NCBI GenBank assembly: GCA_905235705.1 | Contig: CAJOML010000002.1 | Coordinates: forward strand, 3,485-67,484 | Source: an uncultured Bacilli bacterium | GTDB taxonomy: Bacteria > Bacillota_I > Bacilli_A > RFN20 > CAG-826 | Length of the DNA stretch: 64,000 bases | Reading direction: 5' to 3' | In this document: positions 52,555 through 61,352 of the stretch, piece by piece | Position numbering within the stretch: position 1 is the stretch's first letter | Layout of the letters: every line of letters begins with the position of its first letter | Translations under genes and position numbers: made by a program | Notes under the pieces: model-generated | What the model was told of the DNA's origin: nothing | Seen by the model: only the letters and a program-made list of their open reading frames with translations | Databases searched by the model: none

Positions 52555-55056
52555 GTGGCAAACTTTATTGAAGCTATATTCCACTTAGAAAAACGTGAGC
52601 TGAAACGCTATGGCAAAGAAGCCGAACGCGTCATGGCTCTTGAATCCGAGATGCGCGCCCTTAGCGACGACGAACTTCGTGCCAAAACAAAGAAGTTCCA
52701 AGAATATCTTGCTGCCGCTACCACCGAAGAAGAAAAGGACCGTCGCTCGGCTGAAATCAAAATCGAGGCATTCGCCGTCTGCCGTGAAGGCGCTTGGCGT
52801 TCCCTTCATCAACTTCCCTACAAGGTTCAAATCATTGGCTCCCTCGTTCTAAACGATGGGAACATCGCTGAGATGAGAACCGGTGAAGGTAAAACCCTAA
52901 CCGCGACGATGTGCGTTTATCTAAACGCCCTTCGCGGCGAAGGCGTCCACGTCATCACCGTTAACGAATACTTAGCCCAACGTGACGCGGATTGGATGGG
53001 TCAGGTCTACCGTTTCCTTGGTTTAACCGTTGGGGTCAACCTTGCCTCCAAAACCACCTCGGAAAAACAAGAGGCCTATCTTTGCGACATCACTTATACG
53101 ACTAACTCCGAACTTGGTTTCGACTATCTTCGTGACAATATGACGCAGTCATTTGAAGCCCGTGTCCTTCGCGGCCTTCGCTTCTGCATCGTCGACGAAG
53201 CCGACTCCGTCTTAATTGACGAATCCCGTACCCCGTTAATCATTTCCGGCGGCCAAAAATCCTCGGCCTCCGCTTATCAAGTTGCCGACCGCTTTGTCAA
53301 AACCCTTCGTAAGGAACGCGACTTTACGATCGATATCAAAACCAAAACCTGCAATTTGACTGACGAAGGCAACGCCAAAGCCGAAAGAATGTTCGGCGTC
53401 CGTAACCTTTACGATCCCGAAAACCAGGAATTGGTTCACCGTGTCCATCAGGCCTTAAAAGCCAACTACATCATGACCCGTGACGTCGAATATCTTGTCG
53501 ATGCCGAAAGGACCATCCAATTAATCGACCAAAGCACCGGTCGTATCATGAAGGGCCGCGAATATAATGACGGTCTTCAACAAGCCATCCAAGCCAAAGA
53601 AGGCGTTGAAATCAAACAAGAAACGGTCGTTTTGGCCACCATCACCTATCAAAACTTCTTCCGTCTATACAAGAAATTGTCCGGTATGACCGGTACTGCC
53701 AAAACCGAAGAAGAGGAATTCGAAAAGATCTATAACATGAAGGTCATCGTCATTCCGACTAACCGCCCAATTCAACGTATCGACGCGATTGACTATATCT
53801 ATGGTAACCACAAAGCCAAGTTGGCTGGATTGGTTGCCGAAATCAAAGCCCGTCACGAAAAAGGCCAGCCGATTCTTATCGGTACCGCTTCGGTCGAATC
53901 CAACGAAGAAGTCTCCGCCTTATTAACTGCCGCCGGCATTCCACACGAAGTCTTGAACGCGAAAAACCAAGCTCGTGAAGCTGAAATCATTTCTCACGCA
54001 GGCGAATTAGGCGCCGTTACCCTTGCCACCAACATGGCTGGTCGTGGTACCGACATTAAGCTTGGCGAAGGCGTTAAAGAACTTGGCGGTCTATGCGTCT
54101 TTGGCACCGAACGTCATGAATCTCGTCGTATTGATAACCAGTTACGTGGCCGTTCCGGTCGTCAAGGCGACCCCGGTTTCTCCCGTTTCTACGTTTCTTT
54201 CGATGATGAATTGATGCGCCGATTCGTCCCTGATAATCTTCGCGCGACCTTCCAAAAGCAACTTGGTGACGACCATCTTGAAAACAAGATGATGCAAAAC
54301 GTTGTCACCAACGCCCAAAAGCAAATCGAAGGCCGTAACTTCGATACCCGTAAGAACTTGCTCGATTACGACGACGTTTTAGCCAAGCAACGTCAAATCA
54401 TTTACGATAGACGTGACTCGATTATCATGGCTAAGGACATCAGCGAATTGATCCATAGCTATTTCGTAGAAACCGGTAAATTCTTGGCCAAAAAAGCCAC
54501 TGCCACCGGCAAGGATGATGGCTTAATCAGCGGTGAAGCGTTAAAGAAACTCGTCGAGCCTGCCTTTGTCCCCGAAGGAATTTTCCCTGCCGCCGCTTAT
54601 GACGAAGCGACAGTTGAAGAAGGCGCTGAAGACCTTGGCGAATTCCTCTATCAGCAATATCTTGCTAGACGTGCGAAATTCGATCCCGAACAAGCCGATA
54701 AGATGGAACGTCAAATCGCCATTGGTTTAACCGACCGTAACTGGACCAAGCACATCGATGCCATGTCCCATCTACGTGAAGCCGTTGGTCTTCGTTCTTA
54801 TGGTCAGACCAACCCGCTACAAGACTATGTTAACGATGGCTATTCCATGTTCCGCGAAATGAATCAAAACATTGCCGTCGACAGCGTCTATAACTTCATG
54901 AACGTTCGTATCCAACCTAAACCCGAGCCTGAACAACCCAAAGTCGAAGCCGAGGTTGTCGAAGCTAAGGAAGAGCCAAAGCCTGAACTAGAAGAAAAAA
55001 CCGTCAAAGCTGAAGAACCTCAGCAAAACAACGAACAACCAAAGGAAGAGGAATAA
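52555..55056 (+). CDS. secA: Preprotein translocase ATPase SecA (no C-terminal zinc-finger tail)
   Basis: 833 aa. GTG start. Walker A MRTGEGKTL, DEAD-like DEADSVLIDE. The C-terminus is acidic and P/E/K-rich with no Cys or His. Confidence 0.95.
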   Translation: MANFIEAIFHLEKRELKRYGKEAERVMALESEMRALSDDELRAKTKKFQEYLAAATTEEEKDRRSAEIKIEAFAVCREGAWRSLHQLPYKVQIIGSLVLNDGNIAEMRTGEGKTLTATMCVYLNALRGEGVHVITVNEYLAQRDADWMGQVYRFLGLTVGVNLASKTTSEKQEAYLCDITYTTNSELGFDYLRDNMTQSFEARVLRGLRFCIVDEADSVLIDESRTPLIISGGQKSSASAYQVADRFVKTLRKERDFTIDIKTKTCNLTDEGNAKAERMFGVRNLYDPENQELVHRVHQALKANYIMTRDVEYLVDAERTIQLIDQSTGRIMKGREYNDGLQQAIQAKEGVEIKQETVVLATITYQNFFRLYKKLSGMTGTAKTEEEEFEKIYNMKVIVIPTNRPIQRIDAIDYIYGNHKAKLAGLVAEIKARHEKGQPILIGTASVESNEEVSALLTAAGIPHEVLNAKNQAREAEIISHAGELGAVTLATNMAGRGTDIKLGEGVKELGGLCVFGTERHESRRIDNQLRGRSGRQGDPGFSRFYVSFDDELMRRFVPDNLRATFQKQLGDDHLENKMMQNVVTNAQKQIEGRNFDTRKNLLDYDDVLAKQRQIIYDRRDSIIMAKDISELIHSYFVETGKFLAKKATATGKDDGLISGEALKKLVEPAFVPEGIFPAAAYDEATVEEGAEDLGEFLYQQYLARRAKFDPEQADKMERQIAIGLTDRNWTKHIDAMSHLREAVGLRSYGQTNPLQDYVNDGYSMFREMNQNIAVDSVYNFMNVRIQPKPEPEQPKVEAEVVEAKEEPKPELEEKTVKAEEPQQNNEQPKEEE

Positions 55057-56172
55057 TGAAAGAGCTAGTCGAACTAAAACAAAACGCCATTTCCCTCGGG
55101 CGTCTTGTTTCGCAGCTCGGTGATTCTCTTTGACCTTCCTAAACTCAAAGCCGAAATTGCCGATCTCGAAAATCAACAAAACCAGGAAGGGTTCTGGGAA
55201 AACCAGAATTTAGCCAAAACCGTTTCTTCGCGCCTTGCCGCGTTGAGCGCAAAAGTCGGGGCCTACGAAAAAGCCCGCGATTCTTTCAAAGACGTCGAAG
55301 AGATGCTAAAGGAAGTTGAGCCAAACGACGAAGAGATGCTCGAACTCATTTCTTCCATCGAAGAAGATTTGGGAAAAGAATGCGAAGAACTCCGTCATAA
55401 ATTGCTTTTCTCCGGCGAGCACGATGCATTGAACTGCACTTTGGAAATCCATGCCGGGGCAGGTGGCACCGAAGCCCAGGATTGGGCGAATATGTTGTTA
55501 CGCATGTATGGTCGTTATTGCGAACGTAATGACTTTAAACTACAAGTCCTCGATATCGAAGAAGGTGAAGAAGCCGGCATTAAATCCGCGACCATCAAAA
55601 TCAGCGGCACCGATGCCTATGGCCATCTCAAAAGCGAGAAGGGCGTGCATCGTTTAGTTCGTATTTCGCCTTTTGATGCGGCCGCGAGAAGACATACTTC
55701 TTTTGCCTCCGTTAACGTCGTTCCCGAATTCGGCGCGATTTCTGATATCGTGATTGATCCTAAAGACCTTCGCGTTGATACTTATCGTTCCGGCGGGGCC
55801 GGCGGACAAAACGTCAATAAAGTCTCCTCGGCCGTTCGTATTACCCATTTGCCGACGGGGATTGTCGTCCAATGCCAAATCGAACGTAGCCAATTAATGA
55901 ACAAAGCGACCTGTATGTCGATGCTAAACGACTTGCTTATGCAACGGAAAATCAATGAGCGTAACGCCAAGCTTAAATCCGTTGTCGGTGAGCAAAAGGA
56001 CATTGAGTGGGGGTCGCAAATCCGTAGCTATGTTTTTCAACCTTATACCATGGTTAAAGATCACCGCACCTCTTTTGAAACAGGCGATGTTAACGGCGTA
56101 ATGGATGGCAACCTCAATCCTTTCATCTACGCCTTCTTGGAAATGGAGGCGCGTAGCAATGAAGGCAAGTGA
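55056..56172 (+). CDS. prfB: Peptide chain release factor 2, requires programmed +1 frameshift (55056..55130 joined to 55132..56172)
   Basis: Frame 0 reads MKELVELKQNAISLGRLVSQLGDSL then TGA (55131-55133). The +1 frame continues DLPKLKAEIADLE... with the SPF motif (RISPFD) and GGQ (SGGAGGQNVNK). The ATG overlaps the secA stop (TAATG). Confidence 0.9.
55119..55134 (+). promoter_or_regulatory. prfB +1 frameshift site
   Basis: Internal SD-like GGTGAT, spacer TCT, then the slippery/stop CTT TGA C. This is the canonical autoregulatory RF2 recoding signal. Confidence 0.9.
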
Positions 56173-57157
56173 TGAGCGGAAAAAATATCTTATCGGTTTA
56201 GCCAAGAATTATCTGCTTATTACGGTCGGATGTTTTGTTTTGGCTGCGGGAGCCGCGATTTTCATTACCCCCAATAGCCTTGTTACGGGGGGCCTATCTT
56301 CTATCGCCATCATCGTCCAGTATTTCATCAATAAATCCGGATCAACCTTTATGGCGGTTGACTTAGTCAATTGGGCTTTGCAACTATTGTTTCTCGGAAT
56401 CAGTTTTATTTTTCTTGGAAAGCATTACACGATCCGCACGGTTTATTCGTCTTTGGTCTATCCGTTGTTCTTTTCCCTTTTCTATCGTTTGCCTCTTGCG
56501 GGTGGGATGAGCATCGGCAATTACGTCTATTCAAATATGTATGCCGGCGGCTTTGATTATGCGATATTGCTGCTTGCCGGTATTTTCGGCGGGGCCTTAG
56601 TTGGCACTGGAGTCGCCACTTCTTATGCTGGCGGAGGGACAACGGGAGGATTAGATGTCTTATCCGTTATTATCGCCAAACACACCCCTGTAAAAGAAGG
56701 GTTTTCAAGTTTCTTGATGGACGGGTCTTTGGTTCTTGCCGGCCTATTTATCATGAAAGATATCAATCGCGGATTAATCGGCATCCTTTCTGCCGCCACA
56801 TGCGGTTTGCTAATCCAAATCGTTTATGTCAGGGGTAGTTCCTTTATTATTGCTGACGTTATCACTGAGAAGCCCGATGAAATCCGTAAATATGTTGAAA
56901 CCGAGATGGACCGCACGACCACCATCATCGCGGCCAAAGGCGGTTACACCCAGCAAGACAAACCCATTGTCAGGGTTGCCTTTTCTCGGCGCGAAGCCCA
57001 ACCGTTTAAGAGTTTTATCGCTCGCACCGATCCGCATGCTTTTGTGACTTTAACAACCGCATCTATGATTAATGGGGAAGGCTTTGTTCCGCTTGTGGAT
57101 AAGAACCACAGAAAAAGGAAAAAATCCGCAAAAACCGAAGAAAAAGGTAGGAACTGA
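56159..57157 (+). CDS. YitT-family membrane protein with C-terminal DUF2179 domain
   Basis: Start at MKASDERKKYL (56159), overlapping the prfB end. Five or six TM segments, then a soluble domain IIADVITEKPDEIRKYVETEMDRTTTIIAAKGGYT. Confidence 0.8.
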   Translation: MKASDERKKYLIGLAKNYLLITVGCFVLAAGAAIFITPNSLVTGGLSSIAIIVQYFINKSGSTFMAVDLVNWALQLLFLGISFIFLGKHYTIRTVYSSLVYPLFFSLFYRLPLAGGMSIGNYVYSNMYAGGFDYAILLLAGIFGGALVGTGVATSYAGGGTTGGLDVLSVIIAKHTPVKEGFSSFLMDGSLVLAGLFIMKDINRGLIGILSAATCGLLIQIVYVRGSSFIIADVITEKPDEIRKYVETEMDRTTTIIAAKGGYTQQDKPIVRVAFSRREAQPFKSFIARTDPHAFVTLTTASMINGEGFVPLVDKNHRKRKKSAKTEEKGRN

Positions 57158-57167
57158 CGGAAATTTT

Positions 57168-59144
57168 ATGGAAGGGCATCACTTTAAAATAGTTTCGAAA
57201 TTTTCCCCGACCGGCGACCAACCAAAAGCGATCGAAGAAATCCTTAATGGGGTGGCAAGCGGAAAGAAGATTCAAGTTATCCGCGGCGCTACCGGCACCG
57301 GAAAGACTTTTACCGATGCCAACATTGTCGCCCGTCTTGACCGCCCTGCCTTAGTCCTTGTCCATAATAAAACCTTGGCAAGTCAACTCTATGGCGAATT
57401 AAAAGAACTCTTCCCTGAAAATCGGGTTGAATATTTCATTTCGAACTTCGATTTTTATCAACCGGAAGCCTATTTGCCCAAAACCGACACTTATATCGAT
57501 AAGAACGCCGTCATGAATGAAGAAATCGATATGATGCGCACGGCGGCGATGAATTCCGTTCTTTCCCGTCATGATACGATTGTGGTGGCTTCGGTTGCCG
57601 CCATTTACGGGCTAAGCGACCCGAATGAATATAAAGGGTTGATTTTTGAGATTCGTAAAGGCGAAGAGATTGATCGTAAGCAGCTTTTTGCCCATCTTCT
57701 TGATGCCCAATATACAAGAAACAACCTTGAAATGAAGCCAGGCACATTTCGTGTCCATGGCGATGTCATCGATATTGCCCCGCCTACCCACGACTATTAC
57801 ATCCGTATTGATTGTTTCGGCGATGAGGTTGAATCGATTTCCCAAATCAATTCCGTGACCGGAGAAGTTGAAAAAACCTATGCCACCTACCCCATATTCC
57901 CGGCTTATGACCACGCCTCAACGAGAAAACGGATTGAAGCCGCCTGCGCCTCCATCCAAGAAGAATTAGAAGAACGTCTCGCCTATTTTAGGGAAAACGG
58001 AAAACTGCTTGAGGCTGAACGTCTTGAACTTCGTTGCCGCCAAGACATCGAATCGATGCTTGAATTCGGCAGATGCCCTGGCATCGAAAACTATTCACGC
58101 CATATCGATGGCAGAAAACCCGGCCAAAGGCCTTATACATTAATCGACTACATGCCTAAGGATTTTATCCTTCTTGTCGATGAATCTCACGTTTCCTTGC
58201 CCCAAGTTAGGGGCATGTATAATGGGGACCGTTCCCGCAAACAAACGCTTGTCGATTATGGTTTCCGCTTGCCTTCGGCTTTGGATAACCGTCCTTTGAA
58301 TTTCCAAGAATTTGAGGAACTGATGCCTTCTACCGTTATTTGCACTTCAGCCACCCCTGGCGATTATGAATTGCAAAGATGCGGCGGCGAGGTCGTCGAG
58401 CAAATCATTCGTCCAACTGGCTTACTTGACCCCATCATCGATGTCCGCCCTTCGCTTGGCCAAATCCAAGATATCCTCCACGAAATCGAAGAGAGGGTAA
58501 AAAAGAACGAACGTGTCATGATTGTCACCTTGACCATCAAAATGGCAGAGGACCTAACTACATATTTGAAAGAACGCGGGGTAAAAGTCACCTATCTCCA
58601 TAACGAAACCAAAACTTTGGAACGTTCGGAGATCATCTACCAATTACGAAAGGGAAAATATGACGTTTTAGTCGGGATTAACCTCCTTCGTGAAGGACTT
58701 GATATCCCGGAAGTTTCGTTGATTTGTATCCTCGATGCCGATAAAGAAGGATTCCTTCGTTCGACAAGAAGCTTGATCCAAGTGATTGGACGAACGGCAA
58801 GAAATGCGAACGGACGTGTCATCATGTATGCCGATTCTTATAGCGATTCGATGAAAGAAGCTATCCAAGAAACGAATCGGCGTCGCGCCATCCAACAAGC
58901 CTATAACGAAGAAAACGGAATCGTTCCTCAAACCATCATCAAAGACATCCTTCCACCTATCCATAATAGCGACGAAGAAATCGAATCCCTTATCAGCCTT
59001 AAAGGCAAGGCATCTAGAAAAGAACTTGAGATTCGTATTGCCGATTTAGAGAAACAAATGAAACGTGCAGCCAAACAATTTGATTTTGAGGAGGCCGCCC
59101 GTATTCGCGACATCATGTTTGAGTTAAAAGCGGAGCTAAATTGA
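57168..59144 (+). CDS. uvrB: Excinuclease ABC subunit B
   Basis: Start at MEGHHFKIVSKFSPTGDQPKAI (57168). Walker A GATGTGKTF, DESH box and C-terminal UVR domain (FEEAARIRD). Confidence 0.95.
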   Translation: MEGHHFKIVSKFSPTGDQPKAIEEILNGVASGKKIQVIRGATGTGKTFTDANIVARLDRPALVLVHNKTLASQLYGELKELFPENRVEYFISNFDFYQPEAYLPKTDTYIDKNAVMNEEIDMMRTAAMNSVLSRHDTIVVASVAAIYGLSDPNEYKGLIFEIRKGEEIDRKQLFAHLLDAQYTRNNLEMKPGTFRVHGDVIDIAPPTHDYYIRIDCFGDEVESISQINSVTGEVEKTYATYPIFPAYDHASTRKRIEAACASIQEELEERLAYFRENGKLLEAERLELRCRQDIESMLEFGRCPGIENYSRHIDGRKPGQRPYTLIDYMPKDFILLVDESHVSLPQVRGMYNGDRSRKQTLVDYGFRLPSALDNRPLNFQEFEELMPSTVICTSATPGDYELQRCGGEVVEQIIRPTGLLDPIIDVRPSLGQIQDILHEIEERVKKNERVMIVTLTIKMAEDLTTYLKERGVKVTYLHNETKTLERSEIIYQLRKGKYDVLVGINLLREGLDIPEVSLICILDADKEGFLRSTRSLIQVIGRTARNANGRVIMYADSYSDSMKEAIQETNRRRAIQQAYNEENGIVPQTIIKDILPPIHNSDEEIESLISLKGKASRKELEIRIADLEKQMKRAAKQFDFEEAARIRDIMFELKAELN

Positions 59145-59764
59145 TGAGAAGTTATGAATTATATGTCTTCGATTTCGATGGGACTTTAGCAAATTCCGAA
59201 GAGTCCCTCTATCCGGTTTTCACTCAAGGCTTTAAGGCGATTGGGCGAGAATGTAGCCCTGAAGAAGTCGGCATTTATATGCATATCAGCCTTTTGCAAA
59301 CGCTTGAATTGGCCAAAATCGAAGGCGATGATCAAAAGAAATTCATCGAGGCCATCATCGCGACTCTCGACAGCGAAGAATCCCTTTCTTTGATTCGCCT
59401 TTTTGATGACACGGCCCCCGTTCTTCGTCAATTAAAAGCCCAAGGGAAGAAACTGGCCGTGGCCTCTAATAATGTCACCGCTCACATCAAAAAAGTGTTG
59501 GAGAAATTTGGGATCGAATCTTATTTTGATGTTTATGTTGGTTCGGATAGCGTTGCCCATACCAAGCCCGCTCCAGATATGATTTTGAAGGCGTGTCATG
59601 ATTTAAACGTTCCGATTTCGGAGACAATTTATATCGGGGATTCGCTCCAAGACGCAGAAACGGCTAGGGCGGCAAAGGCCGCCGAAGCCTTAATTGACCG
59701 CCATAAAGAGCATGAAGATTTCGTCGGAAAGCGAATTTTCTCCCTCTTTGAATTGCTTTCTTAG
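59141..59764 (+). CDS. HAD-IA hydrolase (phosphoglycolate phosphatase/PpaX-like)
   Basis: 207 aa. Motif I FDFDGTLANS, motif II SNN and motif IV GDSLQD. 4-nt overlap with uvrB. Confidence 0.8.
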   Translation: MMRSYELYVFDFDGTLANSEESLYPVFTQGFKAIGRECSPEEVGIYMHISLLQTLELAKIEGDDQKKFIEAIIATLDSEESLSLIRLFDDTAPVLRQLKAQGKKLAVASNNVTAHIKKVLEKFGIESYFDVYVGSDSVAHTKPAPDMILKACHDLNVPISETIYIGDSLQDAETARAAKAAEALIDRHKEHEDFVGKRIFSLFELLS

Positions 59765-59824
59765 TTGCCAAAGGCAAGATGAGGGTATATCCTTTTTTAG
59801 CGTTACGAAAGGAGGTAACTAAAA

Positions 59825-60070
59825 ATGCAGTGGTATGACATCTTATTCTTCATTGTGTCGCTCATCATCATCATCCTTTCGTTGCTCCAAGGCGGTAAAT
59901 CCGAAGGCGCTTCCGGCGCGATTACCGGTGGCGGACTCAACGTCTTTGCGAAAACAAAGGAACGTGGATCGGAAAAAGTCGTCACTTGGTTAACCTTCGG
60001 CTTCGCTGTTGTGTTCCTCTTCTTGGCCTTGATTATCTCGGTCGTCTCCTCGACGGGAACCGCCGCCTAA
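59825..60070 (+). CDS. secG: Preprotein translocase subunit SecG
   Basis: 81 aa. Two TM helices flank the Gly-rich loop LLQGGKSEGASGAITGGG. RBS AAAGGAGG. Confidence 0.85.
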   Translation: MQWYDILFFIVSLIIIILSLLQGGKSEGASGAITGGGLNVFAKTKERGSEKVVTWLTFGFAVVFLFLALIISVVSSTGTAA

Positions 60071-60091
60071 GGGTAGCCTAACGAAAGAAAT

Positions 60092-60111
60092 CAGCCTTCG
60101 GGCTGTTTTTT
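60092..60111 (+). terminator. Intrinsic terminator after secG
   Basis: CAGCC-TTCG-GGCTG followed by TTTTTT. Confidence 0.8.
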
Positions 60112-60131
60112 CTTTCCTATTTGAAGACGAG

Positions 60132-60140
60132 TGATAACAT
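60132..60140 (+). promoter_or_regulatory. Extended -10 close to the start codon (leaderless-type), folD
   Basis: TGaTAACAT, 6 nt (AACGCT, no SD) before the ATG at 60147. An in-frame TAA upstream excludes a longer ORF. Confidence 0.4.
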
Positions 60141-60146
60141 AACGCT

Positions 60147-60941
60147 ATGCTAATCAAAGAATTTGTTAAGCTGGGCAAGGAAAACCTTGCTAAGGAAGTC
60201 GAAGGATTTAAAAGAAAACCCCATCTTTTAATCGTTCAAGCCAACGAAAATCCGGCTTCGGATGCTTATATTCGGGGCAAGATTAAAGATGCCGAGGAAA
60301 TTGGCGCCAAAGCCACTTTGCTGCGCTTCCCTGTTACGATTACCGAAGATGAGCTTGTTGAGGCGATTCAAGAGGCTAACGTTAATCCTGAATATGATGG
60401 CATCATCGTTCAATTGCCCCTTCCTCGCCATATATCTGAAGCAAAAATCAAAATCACCGTATCCCCTGAAAAAGATGTCGATGGTTTCCATCCTCTTGGC
60501 TCATTTGATCCCTGCACCCCGAAAGGCATCATCGATTATCTAGAAAGCGAAGGATTTGCCTTTGAAGGGAAAAACGCGGTTGTGCTAGGACGTAGCGAAA
60601 TCGTCGGTAAACCGATGGCAAGATTACTATTAAAACGTAGCTGCAATGTCACCGTCCTACATTCAAAAACAAGCGAGCAAGACAAAGCCTTTTATATCGG
60701 ACATGCCGATTTAATCGTTGTCGCGATAGGACGTGAAGGCTTTTTGGATACGCGTTTCTCCTATAAACCGGACGCCTTTGTCGTCGATGTTGGCATTAAT
60801 CGCGGGGAAGACGGCAAGCTTCATGGCGACGCCATTCCTAATCTTCCCGTCGCCAAGCAAACCCCGGTGCCCGGTGGAGTTGGCTTATTAACGAGATTTG
60901 CCTTAATGGAAAACCTCATCCGCGCCTATAAAAAGCAATAA
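60147..60941 (+). CDS. folD: Bifunctional 5,10-methylenetetrahydrofolate dehydrogenase/cyclohydrolase
   Basis: 264 aa. NPASDAYIRGKIKDAEEIG, IIVQLPLP, DVDGFHP, VVLGRSEIVGKP and PVPGGVG are FolD blocks. Confidence 0.9.
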   Translation: MLIKEFVKLGKENLAKEVEGFKRKPHLLIVQANENPASDAYIRGKIKDAEEIGAKATLLRFPVTITEDELVEAIQEANVNPEYDGIIVQLPLPRHISEAKIKITVSPEKDVDGFHPLGSFDPCTPKGIIDYLESEGFAFEGKNAVVLGRSEIVGKPMARLLLKRSCNVTVLHSKTSEQDKAFYIGHADLIVVAIGREGFLDTRFSYKPDAFVVDVGINRGEDGKLHGDAIPNLPVAKQTPVPGGVGLLTRFALMENLIRAYKKQ

Positions 60942-60950
60942 AATCGAATC

Positions 60951-60977
60951 GGGTTTCCATATTCGGGAACCTTTTTT
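60951..60977 (+). terminator. Intrinsic terminator after folD
   Basis: GGGTTTCC-ATATTC-GGGAACC stem (one G-U pair) followed by TTTTTT. Confidence 0.75.
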
Positions 60978-61023
60978 CTTCCAATAGAAGAAAAGAGAGT
61001 ATGATGTAGGCGAGGTAAAGAAA

Positions 61024-61350
61024 ATGAGAATCTTATATTTGGTTCTAAAAAGCACCCCGCAGGCCCGTCACCTGTTCGAGGAATTACGTCACATGGGATT
61101 AAATGGCACCATCGTTTCGGCTGACTCGTTACGCACGGCCGTCGAGGAGTTCCCGGAAGAAAGCCATTTTTATAATCTTCGTCACTTCGAGAAACACGAA
61201 ATCATCGAAAGCGTGCTTTGCTTATTCGTTCTCCATGATGAGGAAGTGGAAAAGGCAAAACAAACCATCCTCGCGATGACGGATAACTTTAAAGCCGTCC
61301 ATGGCTTCATGTATTCCCAACCGTTAAACGATTACGAAGGCTCTTTCTAA
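61024..61350 (+). CDS. Small hypothetical protein with PII/DarA-like secondary-structure pattern, coupled to the antiporter gene
   Basis: 108 aa. RBS GAGGT. Pattern is RILYLVL / helix ARHLFEELRHMG / GTIVSA / long loop / VLCLFVLHD / helix EEVEKAKQTILAM / HGFMYSQ. Its stop lies 2 nt before the next ATG. Confidence 0.4.
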   Translation: MRILYLVLKSTPQARHLFEELRHMGLNGTIVSADSLRTAVEEFPEESHFYNLRHFEKHEIIESVLCLFVLHDEEVEKAKQTILAMTDNFKAVHGFMYSQPLNDYEGSF

Positions 61351-61352
61351 TT

